This document shows, piece by piece, positions 29,726-44,748 of a DNA stretch of 64,000 bases (position 1 is the stretch's first letter; each line of letters begins with the position of its first letter). Under the pieces are notes generated by a model. That model had not been told where the DNA came from and made no database searches. It worked only from the letters and a program-made list of their open reading frames with translations. The stretch is from Basidiobolus meristosporus CBS 931.73. Lineage: Eukaryota > Fungi > Basidiobolomycota. The translations under genes were made by a program, and so were the position numbers. The stretch is taken from assembly GCA_002104905.1 (NCBI GenBank), contig MCFE01000316.1, forward strand, positions 33,242-97,241, written 5' to 3'.

Positions 29726-30565
29726 TCAGTTCTCTGTAAAATACTCCTTCCCCTTCATTCTCATCCACTTGTTGGCCACCCCACCGAGCGAAAATGCCGG
29801 AAGGATGCGAATCATGCGGATGGCAGTGGACGGCCCGGTTTCTTTTCTTAAGAATGCAATTCGCTGAGCCGAACTTGCCTCTGGCCTGTTGTATAGATCC
29901 AGGCCGGTTAGGTGGAGTGGGGTGGAAAGAAACTGAACCCCAACAGGAGTGATGAGTTGTGCAGCTATCTCACAGTTATCTCGTGACCAGCCTACATGCC
30001 CTTGAATCCACGGGGCCAACGCCGGTGGAAGGTTGAAAGAGGCGGCGATAGTCAAACAATCACGCGCAATAAAACATCCGTAGGAAAGTGGGGGGAGCGG
30101 CCTGGGTTTGGCGCTGGATCCGAACCATTGCGCCAACAGCTTATCTCTCAGCAAACTTAGACCAATATTTGCAACGGAGGAAGTAACGAATTTCGGAAAC
30201 TGCCATGGCTTATCATAATAGTTACAAACAGTTTCGGTCCAGTTGGCAATGGCATAGGTGCCCGAGTATACCGCAAACATGATCATGAACGTTGGCTGCT
30301 TGACGAATTTATGCGGGGCAGTAAACAAATCCTTAAGCCCCGCTCGTAGGCCGTCGCTAAGACTCTGACGACCGCTGGCGTTCGAAACGACCGACTTATC
30401 GATGATTGCAACCAACGGCGCAACGAAGGCCGAGGAAACCAGAGCGGATGATAGGTCGGTCAGTAGCAATCCCCGGTAATTGTACTTGGGCTCCTCGTTT
30501 TTTTGGATTGCCGTATTGGTTGACTGCTTTACCAGCGAGCTTGTCTGAAGAAGCTTGGAATCCAT
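29726..30565 (-). CDS. Conserved fungal membrane protein of unknown function (~279 aa; mitochondrial-carrier or sideroflexin-like relationship suspected)
   Basis: Intronless ORF from ATG 30565 with hydrophobic segments and motifs VAPLVAIIDKSVVSNASG, YSGTYAIAN, RDCLTIAASFNLP, QFLSTPLHL.GLDLYN, RILPAFSLGG. Confidence 0.65.
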   Translation of the reverse strand: MDSKLLQTSSLVKQSTNTAIQKNEEPKYNYRGLLLTDLSSALVSSAFVAPLVAIIDKSVVSNASGRQSLSDGLRAGLKDLFTAPHKFVKQPTFMIMFAVYSGTYAIANWTETVCNYYDKPWQFPKFVTSSVANIGLSLLRDKLLAQWFGSSAKPRPLPPLSYGCFIARDCLTIAASFNLPPALAPWIQGHVGWSRDNCEIAAQLITPVGVQFLSTPLHLTGLDLYNRPEASSAQRIAFLRKETGPSTAIRMIRILPAFSLGGVANKWMRMKGKEYFTEN

Positions 30566-32320
30566 ACCGAAAATGCCAATGAACGAGGTAAATGATATTA
30601 GGGATTGAGTGTGCTCGATATGCTTGAATGGAGAGTTTAAATGGAAAAGTAGTAGGGAACAGATTATGACGCCGTGTTCGGTCATCTTCCTATTTATATA
30701 TTTTTCTTGAGGTTGCACTTTAGTCACCGTTATCGAATTGGGCAACACCCATATTTGGATGCGTGGTTCGTTATCATTGCGATTTGGATAAATCAATTCA
30801 GGCACATCTGTGATATGGAATGACTGACACGGAGAGAACTAGCTTTTGGCATAACTGATTGATCGATAGAGCCAAAGATTCTACACTTCCGAGATTCCTG
30901 CTAGGCCAAACCATGGTGTGTCAGCATGGCTCAGGAGTGGTGGCCCACCTGGAAATAGGCTCTGAAAAATCGGTTTTGCCATGACAACTTTATCTGTTTA
31001 TGGAACATTCCAAACACCCGGATAGTGTCTACCAATCGCTTCCTTCAGTACGACTCCACAGCAGAATCAAGAGACGCTTGCTCCTGAAGATGAGCATCAC
31101 GCCGCCAACACGGAAGCCGACAATGCCAAGCCCAAGCTGGCACATTGCCATGGTGCAGAGGCAACTCTGGAATCCCGCTCACACACGCCCCAGATCGATG
31201 GTTCCATCATTGCTTTCATTCTGCCACTGGAGATGCCTTTTCTGATTATGAAAAGGATGTGATTGGATGGATGGGGTCATAAGCCCGATTCAGATATCTG
31301 CGTCCAAGTACTTGCAAATCGTTCAACAACCATCTGCTGCTTGGTCGCCATCGGTGTTGGTGGATGTGGATCCATAGAGCGATACACCCAATGCACCACC
31401 GATAAAAAAGGGCAGGGTTTGCAGGCGCTCGACCTGTTTGATGCGAGCGCATCGCTATCGCCTAAGGGGATATGGCAAAATGTGTACCCAAAAACCAGGT
31501 TGCTGCTGCCATAAACATGGTGAGTGCGAAAATCAATCTTTCCATATTGTATATCGGTAGCTCGTTTGTGGTGTGATTTGATTATCGTATTTTGTCAATA
31601 TGGAAATTAGACAGAACCTACCATGTTACCATAAACCGGTCACGTAAAATCACGGTAACACTACCCACTCGTTTTAAGCCCACGGGCCAGACCGGACCAC
31701 ATCGACTGAGGTGGATTTGAGGACCTGCATTCGATTCCTACATATTGTTGAGTAAAATAATCAAATCTCAATGATTTTTATTTTGGAGCAACTCAATTGT
31801 CTTGCTATTTCAAATACTCAAATGGATTCCCGGACCAGATACGTAGCTTCATTCTTTTCCAATCAGCATCTCAGGTACAGCATTTTATTAAAACAAAATT
31901 TGACTTTTCCGCATTCACGAGGCTATTTACTCGGGTCCCGTATTTGGGAAGTGTTGCAAAAACTATATTTGACTAGCCAGCTATCCGCCTTTTAAACGCT
32001 TGAGTATCGCTTTTAAACTTGTCTTAAGGTTCTGTTTGTTGCCCACGCCAAGCGGATTTGCAGTCCAACACATCTAATATTATTCCATCTAATTCAACGT
32101 TCCCCACATTCCGCGAGCATCAGCACATTTACGCTTCAACTTCCGGCTTTGCGAGTTTCTAGAGTGTCAAATTCTGATACGTAAAGGCGAGTTGAAACCT
32201 ACTACACAGTTGCTTATTGAGGTACTAAATTCAGGAGCCTCAAGCTGGTCTGCTTAGTACAGCATACCCACTTCTACTTCGTATTTCCTGCCGAGACTAT
32301 TCGGGTCTATTCTCCACGAA

Positions 32321-35300
32321 ATGGCCTCGAACCCAGACCTTATGCACATTGAGCAAGACAGGCCAAACAACAATGCAGAGTCTTTGTCACGGAAAGCACC
32401 AACAGAGAAACCCGGCTCTCCTTTCTGCTCTGCCATTCCTTCGACCGTCGACTCACCTAAGGATACCGATAGCTTCATAATCGATTACCTTCTGCCTCAG
32501 AGTGACGACGATAATATGTTTTTAAATCCCAAACTGGAAACCCTTGATGCCGAGAGCACACTTTTCTTCACAACGTCCAACGCACCCTCCCCACCAGAAG
32601 GTACTACCCCGCTGACTTCTCCATCATTAGCCTCCCAAAACCCAAAGTCACCAGCCACCAAGGCGACATCATCACCCCCTTCACCGCTGAAGAGTGCCGC
32701 ACATACTTCCATGAAGAGGAAAAATAGCAAAATGCAAAACTCTCCAATGAAGACCGTGTCTTTTCGCGATGTCGTCTCGAAGTCACCGGCTGAAAGCAAA
32801 GAGAGCAAAGCGACGAATGACAACACCAAAGCATCCAAAGATTCCACCGAGGCCATAGCAGTTTGCCCTAGTGATACATATTCCCTATATTCACAATTGT
32901 TTGGATCATTAAATGTGAGTATCTTGGCAGACTTCCAGTGGTTAAGAGAATGATTGATTGATGTTGAACATTGTTCGCAGAATACTCCAGCGCTCGCCCA
33001 AAAATGTTTGAACTTTTCTGATTACTTGAACCGTAGAATGTAAACTGTCTCTTTTTTGTGCATCCCACCACGCAATCGATCTTCTAACCAGATACTACCA
33101 CCAGCAGTCCGGGCTCAAACCCGCTCGAGAAGTACGAGGAGCATTCAGTCGATGGGGATATGCATGGGAAAGGGTGAGACTCTATTCTCATCAGATATCA
33201 TGATGTCGATCAATTTAGTTAAACGCTGCTTCCAGCCTACAGATTCGTGTCCTAGGGGTCCCTCAGACAGGCGCGAAGTCACGTGTAGAGACCCAAATCA
33301 AGCTCTGCCTGCAACTGGTTACGGACAAGGGGGAGAAGGTGCCACTTTGGTCGCATTTGAGGTTGCCTGAATACATGGTGGCTAAAGAAAAGCTCAAGAG
33401 AAAAAATTCTAGAGGTCAGTATTGAGCCACAACGTAGCCACGGGGGAATTTTATTCACCAACATACATTTAGATCAAACTCTACCTATTGTTGATCGGGG
33501 AATCCTCAATTTGGAGGCTACTGTCATCTGTGCCAGCGAGGCACCCAAAAAAGTTCTAACATGCTTAGGGTGTGTTCAAAGAGAGGTGATATCTTCAATT
33601 CAACCGACTTGCGTCGGCGAGTGTTCTGATACCTTGATTTAACAGCGTAAAAGAGCTCAGCGTAAGAAGGAGAATAGGCTGAAGAATCAGCAAAATAATG
33701 CTAACAAGCAGCTCGCGGGCGAAGCTACCCAACCGGGGGACACAGCTGTAGAGGCAAGCAAGCCAGCAGCGATGGACCTAGATGATGAAAAGGTATTGCG
33801 GGTTTACTCAAGAGTGTGACTGCTCGATTTTCCTAAACCCGATTCTGCTTATCGTAGTCCCTTCAACTGGAGCAGCGAAAGATACTCCTCTTCAACTGTA
33901 ACGAGTTGGTGGATTTCAGTAGTGGCGATACCATCCTGCCTACTAGAATCACTTGCTATTGTAGACATCATAATGAGAAAGTCGGCTTCTGGTAACGTAT
34001 CCCAGATTTCTGCCTTGTATTCCGATTGTGTAGCTTACATTTTGCCAAAGTATTTGCTTCGTGATGAAGGATTATAATAACCAGGTCATCGCCACTGGAA
34101 TGTCCCCTCCTATTATGATCACAGACGACCACAAATCTTCCAAATTCAAGAGCAATCGCAAGCTCCGTAAAGCCGAATATGATCGGGCTCTTAAAGCTGC
34201 CAGCACTGACTCTTCCCACAGTACGCCTTCTGCCATCCCAAGCCCGGCCCCCACGCCGATAGTGATGTCACCCTCTCTAATTACTTCATTATCGGCACCT
34301 CAGCAAATCTCGCCACCTATATCACCGACGAATTTGGTGTCTCTTGGGTCTAGTAGCTCGCATCACTTGAATTTGTCATCCGTCCAATCCAGGTTGAATC
34401 TGCCGCGATTGACGGCGCAAGAGATACAAAATCAATTCCTCAAAAGCATCACCACGTTTGGTCAAGAGTCTGCTAGTGAAAATGATGCTGCCAAACTTGA
34501 GGAGGCTCTGTCGATGCAGAGTGCAGCCGCCGAATCGGTAGAGGCACAGCTTCTAAATATTCGCGGACGGCCAAGACTTAACCGAGTCGTGCCTGCCGAA
34601 GGTCCCATGTATGGTGGTGTAGAGGTTACAGTACTTGGAAGCGATTTTTACGGTACATCCGGCACTTTTCCCTGATATATGCGATTCTGCTAACGTGCTG
34701 ATGCTTTGATAGAGGGGCTTACCTGCTTGTTTGGCTCCACTCCCGCCAACGGTACACATTATTGGTCGCCCAACAGCCTTGTTTGCATCCTCCCTCCTTC
34801 GCCTTCACCAGGCCCGGCCGTGGTATCCTTTAAAGAGCACCAGTTTGATAGCACTTGCGAAGATGGTGTCGTTTTATTTACCTACATTGATGGTATTTGA
34901 CCGCGTATAATTCTCAAAGGGGTCACATACTGACATTCTACTCTAGAAACCGACCGCGCATTGATGGAGCTTGCGTTACAAGTGATAGGGTTGAAGACCA
35001 CAGGAAAGCTCGAGGATGCTAGACAGGTTGGAAGACACCTATCTAGGTCCATTCTCATTCCCTACTAAAGGCTTTTTACTATAGGTTGCTATGAGAATAA
35101 TCGCTGGTGATTCAAATGGAGGCGAGAAGGATTCGAATTCCTCTGGTGGCAAAACGCACTTTTCGGGCAATCACAATTTGCGTGAGCTTGAGAGTTTGAT
35201 TATTAACTGCTTCCTAGAGCTCGATTCGTGGCCTATGGAAGATCAACCATGCTGGTCTCTAAAGGTTGGTCGTGTCTGATAGTTGCTTGCGGAGTGACGC

Positions 35301-36154
35301 TTCTTACCTAGCGTGATTTAGAATGAGACTCAGCACACCATGCTGCATCTTGCTGCACTCGGCGGTCTTGAAAAGCTGGCTTCATTCCTCATCAAAAGAG
35401 GTATAGATGTTAATTGTCAGGATTCCAATGGGTTTACGGGTATGTGTTTCTTAGTATCAGAGATTCATGGTGAAGCTGCTAACCCGCAAGCTGGCTCCAC
35501 AGCCCTTCACTTTGCTGCGTGGACTGGAAAACTAAATATCGTAGAATCCTTGGTCAAAGGTGAGATTCGTACTACAAGTATCCACTTTCCAGTTGCATAT
35601 ATTAAAATGACTGCCTTTTCAGCCCATGCCGCCATCACCACCAAAACGAAGCATCAACAGACGGCAATCGACTTGGCTCGGGAGCAATCGCAGGCTGAAG
35701 TTGTTGCTCTTCTTGATGAACACGAGCTGCAATTGCGCTCACGCAACACCTCGGGAATGCAAGAATTGAGCTGCTCCAGTAAGACGAGAGCAATCTACGC
35801 ATATAACCCTGAGACACTAGGTATGAACATATCATCGAAAGCATACACTCACTTCTGTTGTGGAGTCGCTCACATATATCCATTCCTGCTGTATCTTCTA
35901 GCATGCCTTTCCCGAGCGGTTCTGTATTACTGTCTGGCATTTAGAATTACACTACGGGTCATACATCTGTATGGGCACTCTATCGCGGGGGCAACTCTCC
36001 CCGCTGCAGTTCATTAAGCCTTTCTCTACCTGATAGTTCGATATCATTTGGATGTAGGAATAGTTTTCTTCCAAAGCCAAGGAGCACCATGGATCCAACT
36101 ATTGCCTGGGTTGTTTTAGTCACTATAGCATTCTTGTTTAATTATTTTTCATGA
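32321..36154 (+). CDS. SPT23/MGA2-like membrane-bound transcription factor (IPT/TIG domain, ankyrin repeats, C-terminal TM), multi-exon; 3' end approximate
   Basis: Exons encode AKSRVETQIKLCL, CLGCVQRE, CYCRHH.EKVGF, ATGMSPPIMITDDHKS, RLNRVVPAEGPMYGGVEVTVLGS, TMLHLAA and TALHFAA ankyrins, and a hydrophobic IAWVVLVTIAFLF near 36100. Confidence 0.88.
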
Positions 36155-37723
36155 CTGGCTAGTTTTCTTCATTGTTCCATAATTCCTCAAATCAGCAAGG
36201 TCGTCTGATTTTGAGATTTACCGGTTGGATTTTGATTGTCTTTCTCAATGTGAGTTGTTCGTGCCCTGTAGCATTATCCTTCAGAAATTTAGTCAGCAGT
36301 TATTTCAACACATCAACAGAACCAGCAGGGGCAGCACTATGTAGTTGTTGTACCATCGCTTGATTCGACCTCGCTTTTCAATTTATTTCATAGTTTTCTG
36401 TGCTGCTTCTACTAAGGCTTTGTAAAAATGTACAATTCAATGATGTTCCTAGAGATCTTCATATTAAACCACTATCGAACACCAAAATCACTCACCACTC
36501 GTCAAACCATTTTCCTGGAAACTGTCCGACATGTGCACCACCATAGTTGATGCAATGTACGATTTGGTTGTGACAGCTATGCAATCTACTTGACTCGCCG
36601 GAAATCGGCCAGTCCCTCAAAAATGCATATTCCACTTCCGAATCTATCCAAAATCCGGAAAACCAACACCAATCTCGGACGTTAACGGAGGGGTTGAGTT
36701 AAAGTGAATCAGCCATTTCCCCTAAGTCATTGCGGTAGCGTAGTGTACATTCTTACCGAATTCATTGTTTAAAGGTGAAACTTGGTGCTCCTTACGCTGT
36801 TTTTGATTTGGTAATGGATCGGTCAAGCACTACGCTCGTCAAAGGTCCGGAACTTGACCACGTCGCGTGAGTTACCCATCCCCATCTCACCAACGAGGCC
36901 CCCAACCCCGCGCCAATCTTACCAACACGGATTACCTGCCCCGGTAATTTATTTGCGAAGCGCTCGTCAACCATTACCCACAATTCGCAATCTACCCAGA
37001 CTTTCTGGATTGCCAAATCTGTGCAAACGAAGGGGTTCCTGCCGACCCGTTCGCTCCATAACCGGTTCGTCGCAGCGCACACTCCCGGCACCTGGATCCT
37101 AACCAGCCTCTGTGGGCTTGGTTGAACATGGTGTGGAGAGCGAGTGAGTTCTCCGCATGCGTGGCCAGCCGTTCGGATTGACATGGGCATTGGTGATGTG
37201 ACAATTAACGCGGATAAAGAAAATCAATGCGCTAAATACAGATGAGTAACTTCCACATTACTACAATCTAGATCCATCCAAAGAATATGCCATGAATTTC
37301 CGACCGAACGCCGAATTCGAACCTATGGAGACCCACGCAAAAATGGCGAATTCTTTCATCATTTGATGGGAATGTGGCCATATCCCTGAAGTCGACTCGA
37401 GTGTAGAGGATTTCTAGCCAGATTCTGCGTGGAGAATTCGTTTGTTCTTTCTTTCTCGGTTATCGAGCTCCACTCTGTAGTGACTCTGTAACGTCCATAC
37501 CCTCCTGTATTTGAAAGCGAAGGTTTCACCTGGACTTCCATATCGTGAACTTCTTCTTGGTTGTTTCGTATCAGTCATTTGCGACACCCCCTTCTCGCAA
37601 TTGTAGATTTCATACACTCGTCGGAGCCTACATATATCTCGCTTTCCTGAAAATATCACCCCCTCGCTTCTCGGAATAGTCGAAGTCTGATTACTCTTTA
37701 CCCTACACCATCCTTTCGTCCTC

Positions 37724-39875
37724 ATGTCCAAAACGGAAGACTCCGCCCAGCAGTGCCTTTGCTTTATTGCCGCCGAAGGGCAGTACTCACTAAAAGAAAG
37801 CATCTTCTTTGAACAGCTGCAGCCATGTACCACATACGGCACCCAAATATCGCTAGTCTCCGTAAGGTTCAAAGAGAGCTCCAACAGGACGCAGTTTGGC
37901 AGCATCGACAGTGGTGTGAGCGAAAAAATCGGTGACATGTTCACGAACTTTTCCAAATCAGACGAAATCGAAGATATAGAGCCGAGCCTGACCAGACGAG
38001 AATCGAACGTGAGCGACATATCACAGTCCCCCTTTGCGAAAGGAGGGGTGACCCCGGAAGAGGCAGGGTTCTCCTCGTTATTCGGTACGGTGAAAAGGAA
38101 AAAGACGAAGAACAACATCACCAAGACCACTTCAAGCTTTGTCGCCCGAATCATCACCAACGACAACATCGCCAAGATATTGGCCAGTAGAACCAACGAA
38201 GACACCTACCTGTTCTTCAATGTCGGGAAAACGTTTCTGTGGTGCGATTTGTTCGGAAGGCCAAAGGTAAGCGACCCATGCGAGTTCCTGCATAGACATC
38301 TATCACTAACTCAAGCAAACGGATAGGAACCATTGTCGCGTATCAACTTCAACAAGGCCAACCCAACCTGTCACGACGTAAACATGTTGACGCGCAGTAG
38401 TAGCCATTTGGATATAATTATCGGATTTTCCTCGGGCGATATAATGTGGTTCGATCCTTTAAGTAACAAGTATATTCGTATCAACAAACAGGTATTGTGC
38501 CTACCAGACATCCTGCCCTTCCTTGGTGTTTCCTCTGACAGATGAGCGTTCTTTAGGGAGTCATCAACAATAGTCCAGTGACCAGCATAAAGTGGATGCC
38601 CGGCTCTGAGAACCTGTTTATGGCCTCCCATCAGGATGGCTCACTTATTGTGTACGATAAAGAAAAGGATGACCAGAGCTTCGTACCCAACCCAGTAGCC
38701 GAGGACGACCCGTCAGTGTTCACATATATCGTTGGCACAAACAATAGTCGGATTACGCTAACCCAGCTTCTCATCCTCATTAGACTCCACATCATCAAGA
38801 CCAAAAATAACAAGCACAACCCCAACTGGCATTGGAAAGTTAGTAAAAAGGCGGTGACCGGTTCGTATCACTCAAGTGCGCTTTTAGGATTTGACCTTGC
38901 TGCTGACCCGAGTACCGTTTCTCGCTAGCATTCGCTTTTTCACCAGATTGTCAACATATCGCAGTGGTGTGTATGGACGGATGTCTTAGAATCATAGATT
39001 TCTTTCATGAAAGGTTGGGCTGAATAGCACATTCGAGCTACATAGATAGTGACTGACCTGGCGTATATATTAGGTTGCATGATACATATCATAGCTATTT
39101 TGGTGGATTCACCTGTGTCTGCTGGAGTCCTGATGGGAAGTATGTGTTGGTAAGTTGTATCCATGTTTATTTACATGTTGACTTCTACTGATTCTCTGCG
39201 TTTGAACTAGACTGGTGGACAAGATGATCTTGTGACGATTTGGGCATTTAGAGAGCAAAGGATTGTTGCTAGATGCCAGGGGCATCAGTCCTGGGTAGGC
39301 ATGCAGCGCATAATACGGGCGAGTTGACTTGCCTACTAACCGCTAAATTATCTAGGTAACCGGGGTTGCTTTTGATCCTTGGCGTTGTGATGAGAAAAAT
39401 TATAGGTTCGGTAGCGTTGGTGAAGACACAAAACTCCTCTTATGGGATTTCTCGGTCAACGCTCTTCATAGACCCAAGGTAAATCTTTATTTCGCACTTC
39501 ACCTACGAAAGCCAGTGTTGACGCTTGTTTACAGCACTCCAATATCAGACGAGGAAGTGTTCCCTTTATCCTTCCTCCCCCAACCAGGCGAAGGAACGAT
39601 GAGCAAGATGATTCTGAGCGAAAAGGGGTCGTTCATCCAGCCTTGTCCAAAACCGATGTTGCTATCTTGCAACCCGTCATGGTACTGTTCAATAGTACAC
39701 TTGAAGCTCGTCCTATTTTCTAATCCCTTGCGCCTTGTGGTGTCGTATATTCTAGGCTAAAAGTGTCCATTCTGAGCCACTGAACTCAGTCGCCTTTCGG
39801 GAGGACGCCATCATCACCACATGTAGACGTGGCCATATTAAGGTGTGGTCACGCCCTCAACTCTCAGAGCAATAA
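37724..39875 (+). CDS. CreC/WDR20-like WD40 protein, multi-exon
   Basis: [105 protein letters not shown]. Confidence 0.88.
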
Positions 39876-40815
39876 ATATACCCTGCCTTCGACGCTCTCC
39901 AAGACAGATTTTGTTCTTATTTTCAACCTCAATTCCCTCCAAAAACCGCGATCCCAGGCTTGATCAATACCATTTGTTGATTTACAAAGATAATATGCAA
40001 CCCATTAAAGTGATCCAAGTGAAGTGGAGTGTTCGAGTTGATAAGATTATATCCGGCTTGGCAAAGCCTGAGGCGCCAGCGATTGTAGAGGGCACCACCC
40101 CACATCAATGTATTTGACGGTAAACATCATTCTGGCATCGCAATGGGTGGAGATCATTACGTAGACGTCACGTCACGCCACCCCATCTCAATTCCTCCAG
40201 AGTAGTTTGGAAGTTGGCTGGATCAAAACATCATAGATCCTGTAATGGTTTGGTGTGTTATGTGCGTTCAATATTCATTGCACATTTGTTAGCTCCAGGA
40301 CATGCTTTTCCTATTTACCCAAATCTAATTGGCTCTTTGTAGACGGTGGTTTTTAAAACATTACCCAATTCAGAGTGTCTCAATAGTTCGTACCTTTTTG
40401 CTTAGTTCCTCCACTTCCAAGGTAAAGTCGTACACCAAGAATATGAAGAGATTGGTCTCCTAGAGTCACACGGGATCCCTAGTTGCTCGTTCGCACTTTG
40501 TGTGATTCGCATCCTGCTTTGAGGCAGAAAGAGCCCTCTACTTTATATGATGATGTGACAAGCCAGCATGCGATGTATGTAGATGTACGTTCCCACAAGA
40601 TCAAAGTGTGGTGGACGTGTCATCTCCCTACAATATTGTTCAAACACGTCCACCTTTGTAATTATGAACGCGGACGAGTACTTGGGGATCTAATGCAAAC
40701 TTGTGGTTTCCGATTGGTTCAATAGTTCTACTTGTGTTTGTCTTCGTGAATTATTCGTACGGTCAATTGATATATTTTTCCGCTTTCATCCGGGCTAGCA
40801 GCTTCTAAACCAAAC

Positions 40816-42242
40816 ATGGCAGACCACGCCGACGACCTTATCGATTACGAAGAAGACGAGGAAACCATCCAGCCTGAGGTTGCCGTCGCTGATGTAGCCC
40901 AAGCAACAGGGGATGACCAAGAGGCCGACAAAGAGGACAAGAAGGATAAAAAAGGTAGCTACGTTGGTGTTCACTCCACTGGTTTCAGAGACTTCCTGTT
41001 GAAGCCAGAGCTACTTAGAGCCATTGTTGATTGTGGTTTCGAGCATCCCTCTGAAGGTACGATACATAACGCATTACGGCTGTAGACGATTAACGTTAAG
41101 CCTCGGAATAATTAGTACAGCAGGAATGCATCCCCCAATCCATTCTTGGTATGGACGTCCTGTGCCAAGCCAAGTCCGGTATGGGCAAGACGGCCGTTTT
41201 TGTCTTGGCCACGTTGCAGCAGGTTGAACCAGTCGCGGGAGAAGTGGCAGTTCTGGTCCTTTGCCACACCCGTGAGCTGGCATTCCAGATCAAGAATGAG
41301 TACACTCGTTTCAGCAAGTACATGCCCGATATCAAGACTGAAGTGTTCTATGGAGGAACTAGCGTCAAGAAGGATCACGATCTTCTGAAGGATCGCGAGT
41401 CATGTCCTCACATTGTGGTTGGCACACCTGGCAGAGTGCTGGCATTGATCAAAGATAAGACACTTAGGGTTGGCAGCGTAAAGCACTTTGTTCTTGACGA
41501 GTGTGACAAGATGCTTGAGCAACTAGGTACAGCAGCCTCTACCTCTCTGGTCTAAATATCTACTAATAATGATTCAGATATGCGTCGTGATATTCAGGAG
41601 ATTTTCCGCTCCACCCCTCATCACAAACAAGTGATGATGTTCAGTGCCACCTTAAGTAAGGAGATCCGACCAGTTTGCAAGAAGTTCATGCAGAACCCTC
41701 TTGAGATCTACGTCGATGATGAAACCAAACTGACTCTTCATGGCTTGCAGCAATACTACATCAAACTTTCTGAGGATCAGAAGAACCGTAAACTCAACGA
41801 CCTTCTCGATACATTAGAATTCAACCAAGTCTGTATCTTCGTCAAGTCTGTGGCTAGAGCCAACCAACTTAACAAACTGTTGGTCGAATGCAACTTCCCC
41901 AGCATCTGCATCCACAGCCAGATGCCACAAGAAGAAAGAATTGCGAGATACAAGACTTTCAAGGAATTTAATAAGCGTATTATGGTGGCCACCGATATCT
42001 TTGGACGTGGTATAGATATCGAACGGGTCAACATTGTGATCAACTACGACATGCCAGATGGTGCCGACACCTATCTGCACAGAGTGGGTCGTGCTGGTCG
42101 CTTCGGTACCAAAGGGCTCGCGGTTACCTTTGTTGGTGCCGACAGCGACTTGGAAATTCTCAACCAAGTCCAGAGCAGATTCGAAGTCAAGGTTCCTGAA
42201 TTACCGGAGGAGATTGACTTTGCTACTTACATGAACGCTTGA
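40816..42242 (+). CDS. SUB2: DEAD-box (DECD) RNA helicase Sub2/UAP56, 3 exons
   Basis: [60 protein letters not shown]. Confidence 0.97.
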
Positions 42243-42495
42243 AGCTCCGTACCCTCGTTTTTATTTATATCACCATTCTCCCGGGGCCTTGTGCTTGCTG
42301 TCTCGAATAAAGATACATAACACTATTCTTATGACTTTTTTCTACTGACCATGGGCATTGTTTATGGTTGACCATTTATTCTATTAGTATGATTATTTAG
42401 ATTAAGCAATTTACGAGATGGAGCATTCTTGAAGGTTAGCTACATATAAACTACAAGCCGTGGGAAACAGCGCTAATACACAGATTCCTCGGCAT

Positions 42496-44748
42496 TCAAG
42501 TGCATTCGGCACCCAAGACTGTCATAACTCCCCCCACCAGATGCAGACTGCCGGTAACTAGCACGCGACGCTTTTTCTTGCCTGGATTAGAGCCTGACAA
42601 GATCCAGTTCACGGCCTTCTCAATGTCAGGAAACAAGTTGGCGTGGTGCTGGTCGGGTTCATTGGTCATGGAGGTCCAAGTATTTGCCAGGCTTCGTTGT
42701 GTAGACAACTCCTGGTCAACCTTTAGTACGATGTTCCTGGAATCGGCTAAGTAGAAATGTGACTGTCAGTAAATCTCCCACCATCTAAATCGTCACATTG
42801 GGGCACGTTACCACTGGACTTGATTCTGGAATGGGTTAGATTCGGACAGAAGACTGCATGCTTGAAGTTCACCTTTTGTTGGATTTCCGAAAGTAACTTG
42901 ATCTGAGCCAGGCCGTCTCGGCCGTTTGCTGAATTGAAAAGCAGGATATTTTCAACCGGGCTTTACAAAAGCAACTGAATCAATGGTGATTCAATCAAAA
43001 GCAGTGAGGTTTAAGTGTAGCATACCTATCCTCGTGATCAACTGTGTTTGAGAACCATTCGGCACAGGCCTAAGAAACAGTTGTTAGGGCTTGTCTCAAT
43101 ATGGACCATATGATGGTGCTTACTTTCATGCTTTCCATGGTATGTGCACCATCCAGATACCATTCGGTTTCGGTGAATCCAGGAGTGGCCAGGATCTGCC
43201 CACGTCCTGGCCATTTAACATTTTTCAAGCCAGGGACGAACTCTTGGGGAACAGAGTTGAGCGGCCGTACAGTCTCAGGGCTCACGTTACACTTTCGTAT
43301 TCTATTCCAGGAATCACAAAGCGATATGGCAAGTGAACTATTTGATAACTGGTGACTACCAGCAAGACCTTGGAAATGCGGATGAGTCCATATGTTACTG
43401 CTGAAATCACATAGAGAAGAGCCACATACCGATCGAGATCTTGTCCAAGCCTTGAATAGCCTCATGCGAAGGTATCACATGCAAAGGCGCCTGGGGTTAG
43501 TTGAGTCAATTAATGCACTGACTTGGATCGACTTAGTTCTACAGTAAATATTTTGCCTACGTTCTTCTCAGACGCTCTTCTCTCAATGACTTTCATAGCT
43601 TCTTCAGGTTGGGGGACAGTGAAAACGGGAACGTTTTGCTAAGCAATCCTAGCTGAGCTTGAGGTTGTGGAGCAGAGAAACTGATTGAACCTTACTTTGA
43701 TTATTCCAGCTTTGTGCCAAGCTATTTCTTCAATAGTGTTTCCCAAGACCGCCTGATGATCGATACCCAGTGCTGAAATCCCACACACAACAGGCTTCCG
43801 AACAATGTTTGTAGAGTCATATTCGCCTCCAACACCTACTTCTAAGATAGCTACATCCACCTAAGGCAAAACGTCAACCTGATGCTTTGTTTGATTCAGG
43901 ATGTGGCTAAACGAACCTTCTCTTGCATAAAGATGTGATAGGCCATAAGGTTTAGGAAACGAAAGTAACTCGGTCTACTTGGCTGATCGTCTAGGGCTTT
44001 GTCCTGTAATGGGGCTTGGGTTAGATTCCATCATTTTTCAAAGACGTACGGTTGGAATGCTCACCCTGGTTTCCTCCAATCGTTCCCAGCACTCGTAGAA
44101 GTATCTCGTAAAGCTATCTTTATCAATCGGTGAGCCATTGATACGTATGCGTTCGCGCACCTCGATCAAATGTGGCGAGGTAAACAACCCTAATGCGAAT
44201 TTGGATTAATTTCATAATTCAATTTGAGCTTATTCGTGAAAAGTCTTACCAGTCTTTATATGCTTATCCCCATGCATATTTCGGAGAATTGACTCGGAAA
44301 GAGCGCAAGTGGAACCCTTGCCTTTGGTACCAGTAACGTGGATAACGTTTAACCGGTCGAAGTCTTCAACCTGCAGAGGTGAGTTTAAATAGATTGGATT
44401 GTGGAAGGGACATTACCAACCATACCTGATAGCCTATTCTTTCGCACAAGTTTATCATCTCCGGAAGACTGCGTTGATTCAAACGGCCTCTGGCTTTCCA
44501 AATGTTCTCCAGGGTGGCCAAATTGCTTTGCAAAGAGTTGAGATCTTCCACAGCATTCTACAGGAAGAAGGACCCACTGCAGTCAGAACGAAAGTGCTAG
44601 GGTAGATAGGGCAACACTTGTTTACCTCATAGCTTTTCGGTCTTGGGAGTCTTACTTGCGCTATGGTCGACAGATTCACACGACCATTGAGGTATCTACC
44701 GGCCCACGGGTAGGCGTTGATTGTTCCTTTCTTGAGGACTCTATTCAT
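42496..44748 (-). CDS. Folylpolyglutamate synthase (Met7/Fol3 family) with a possible mitochondrial presequence, multi-exon
   Basis: YE|NAVEDLNSLQSN, LNVIHVTGTKGKGSTCA, FTSPHL.EVRERIRING, DVAILEVGVGGEYDSTN, AWHKAGIIK, WPGRGQ, WYLDGAHTMES, LVTGSLHLVGG. Confidence 0.93.
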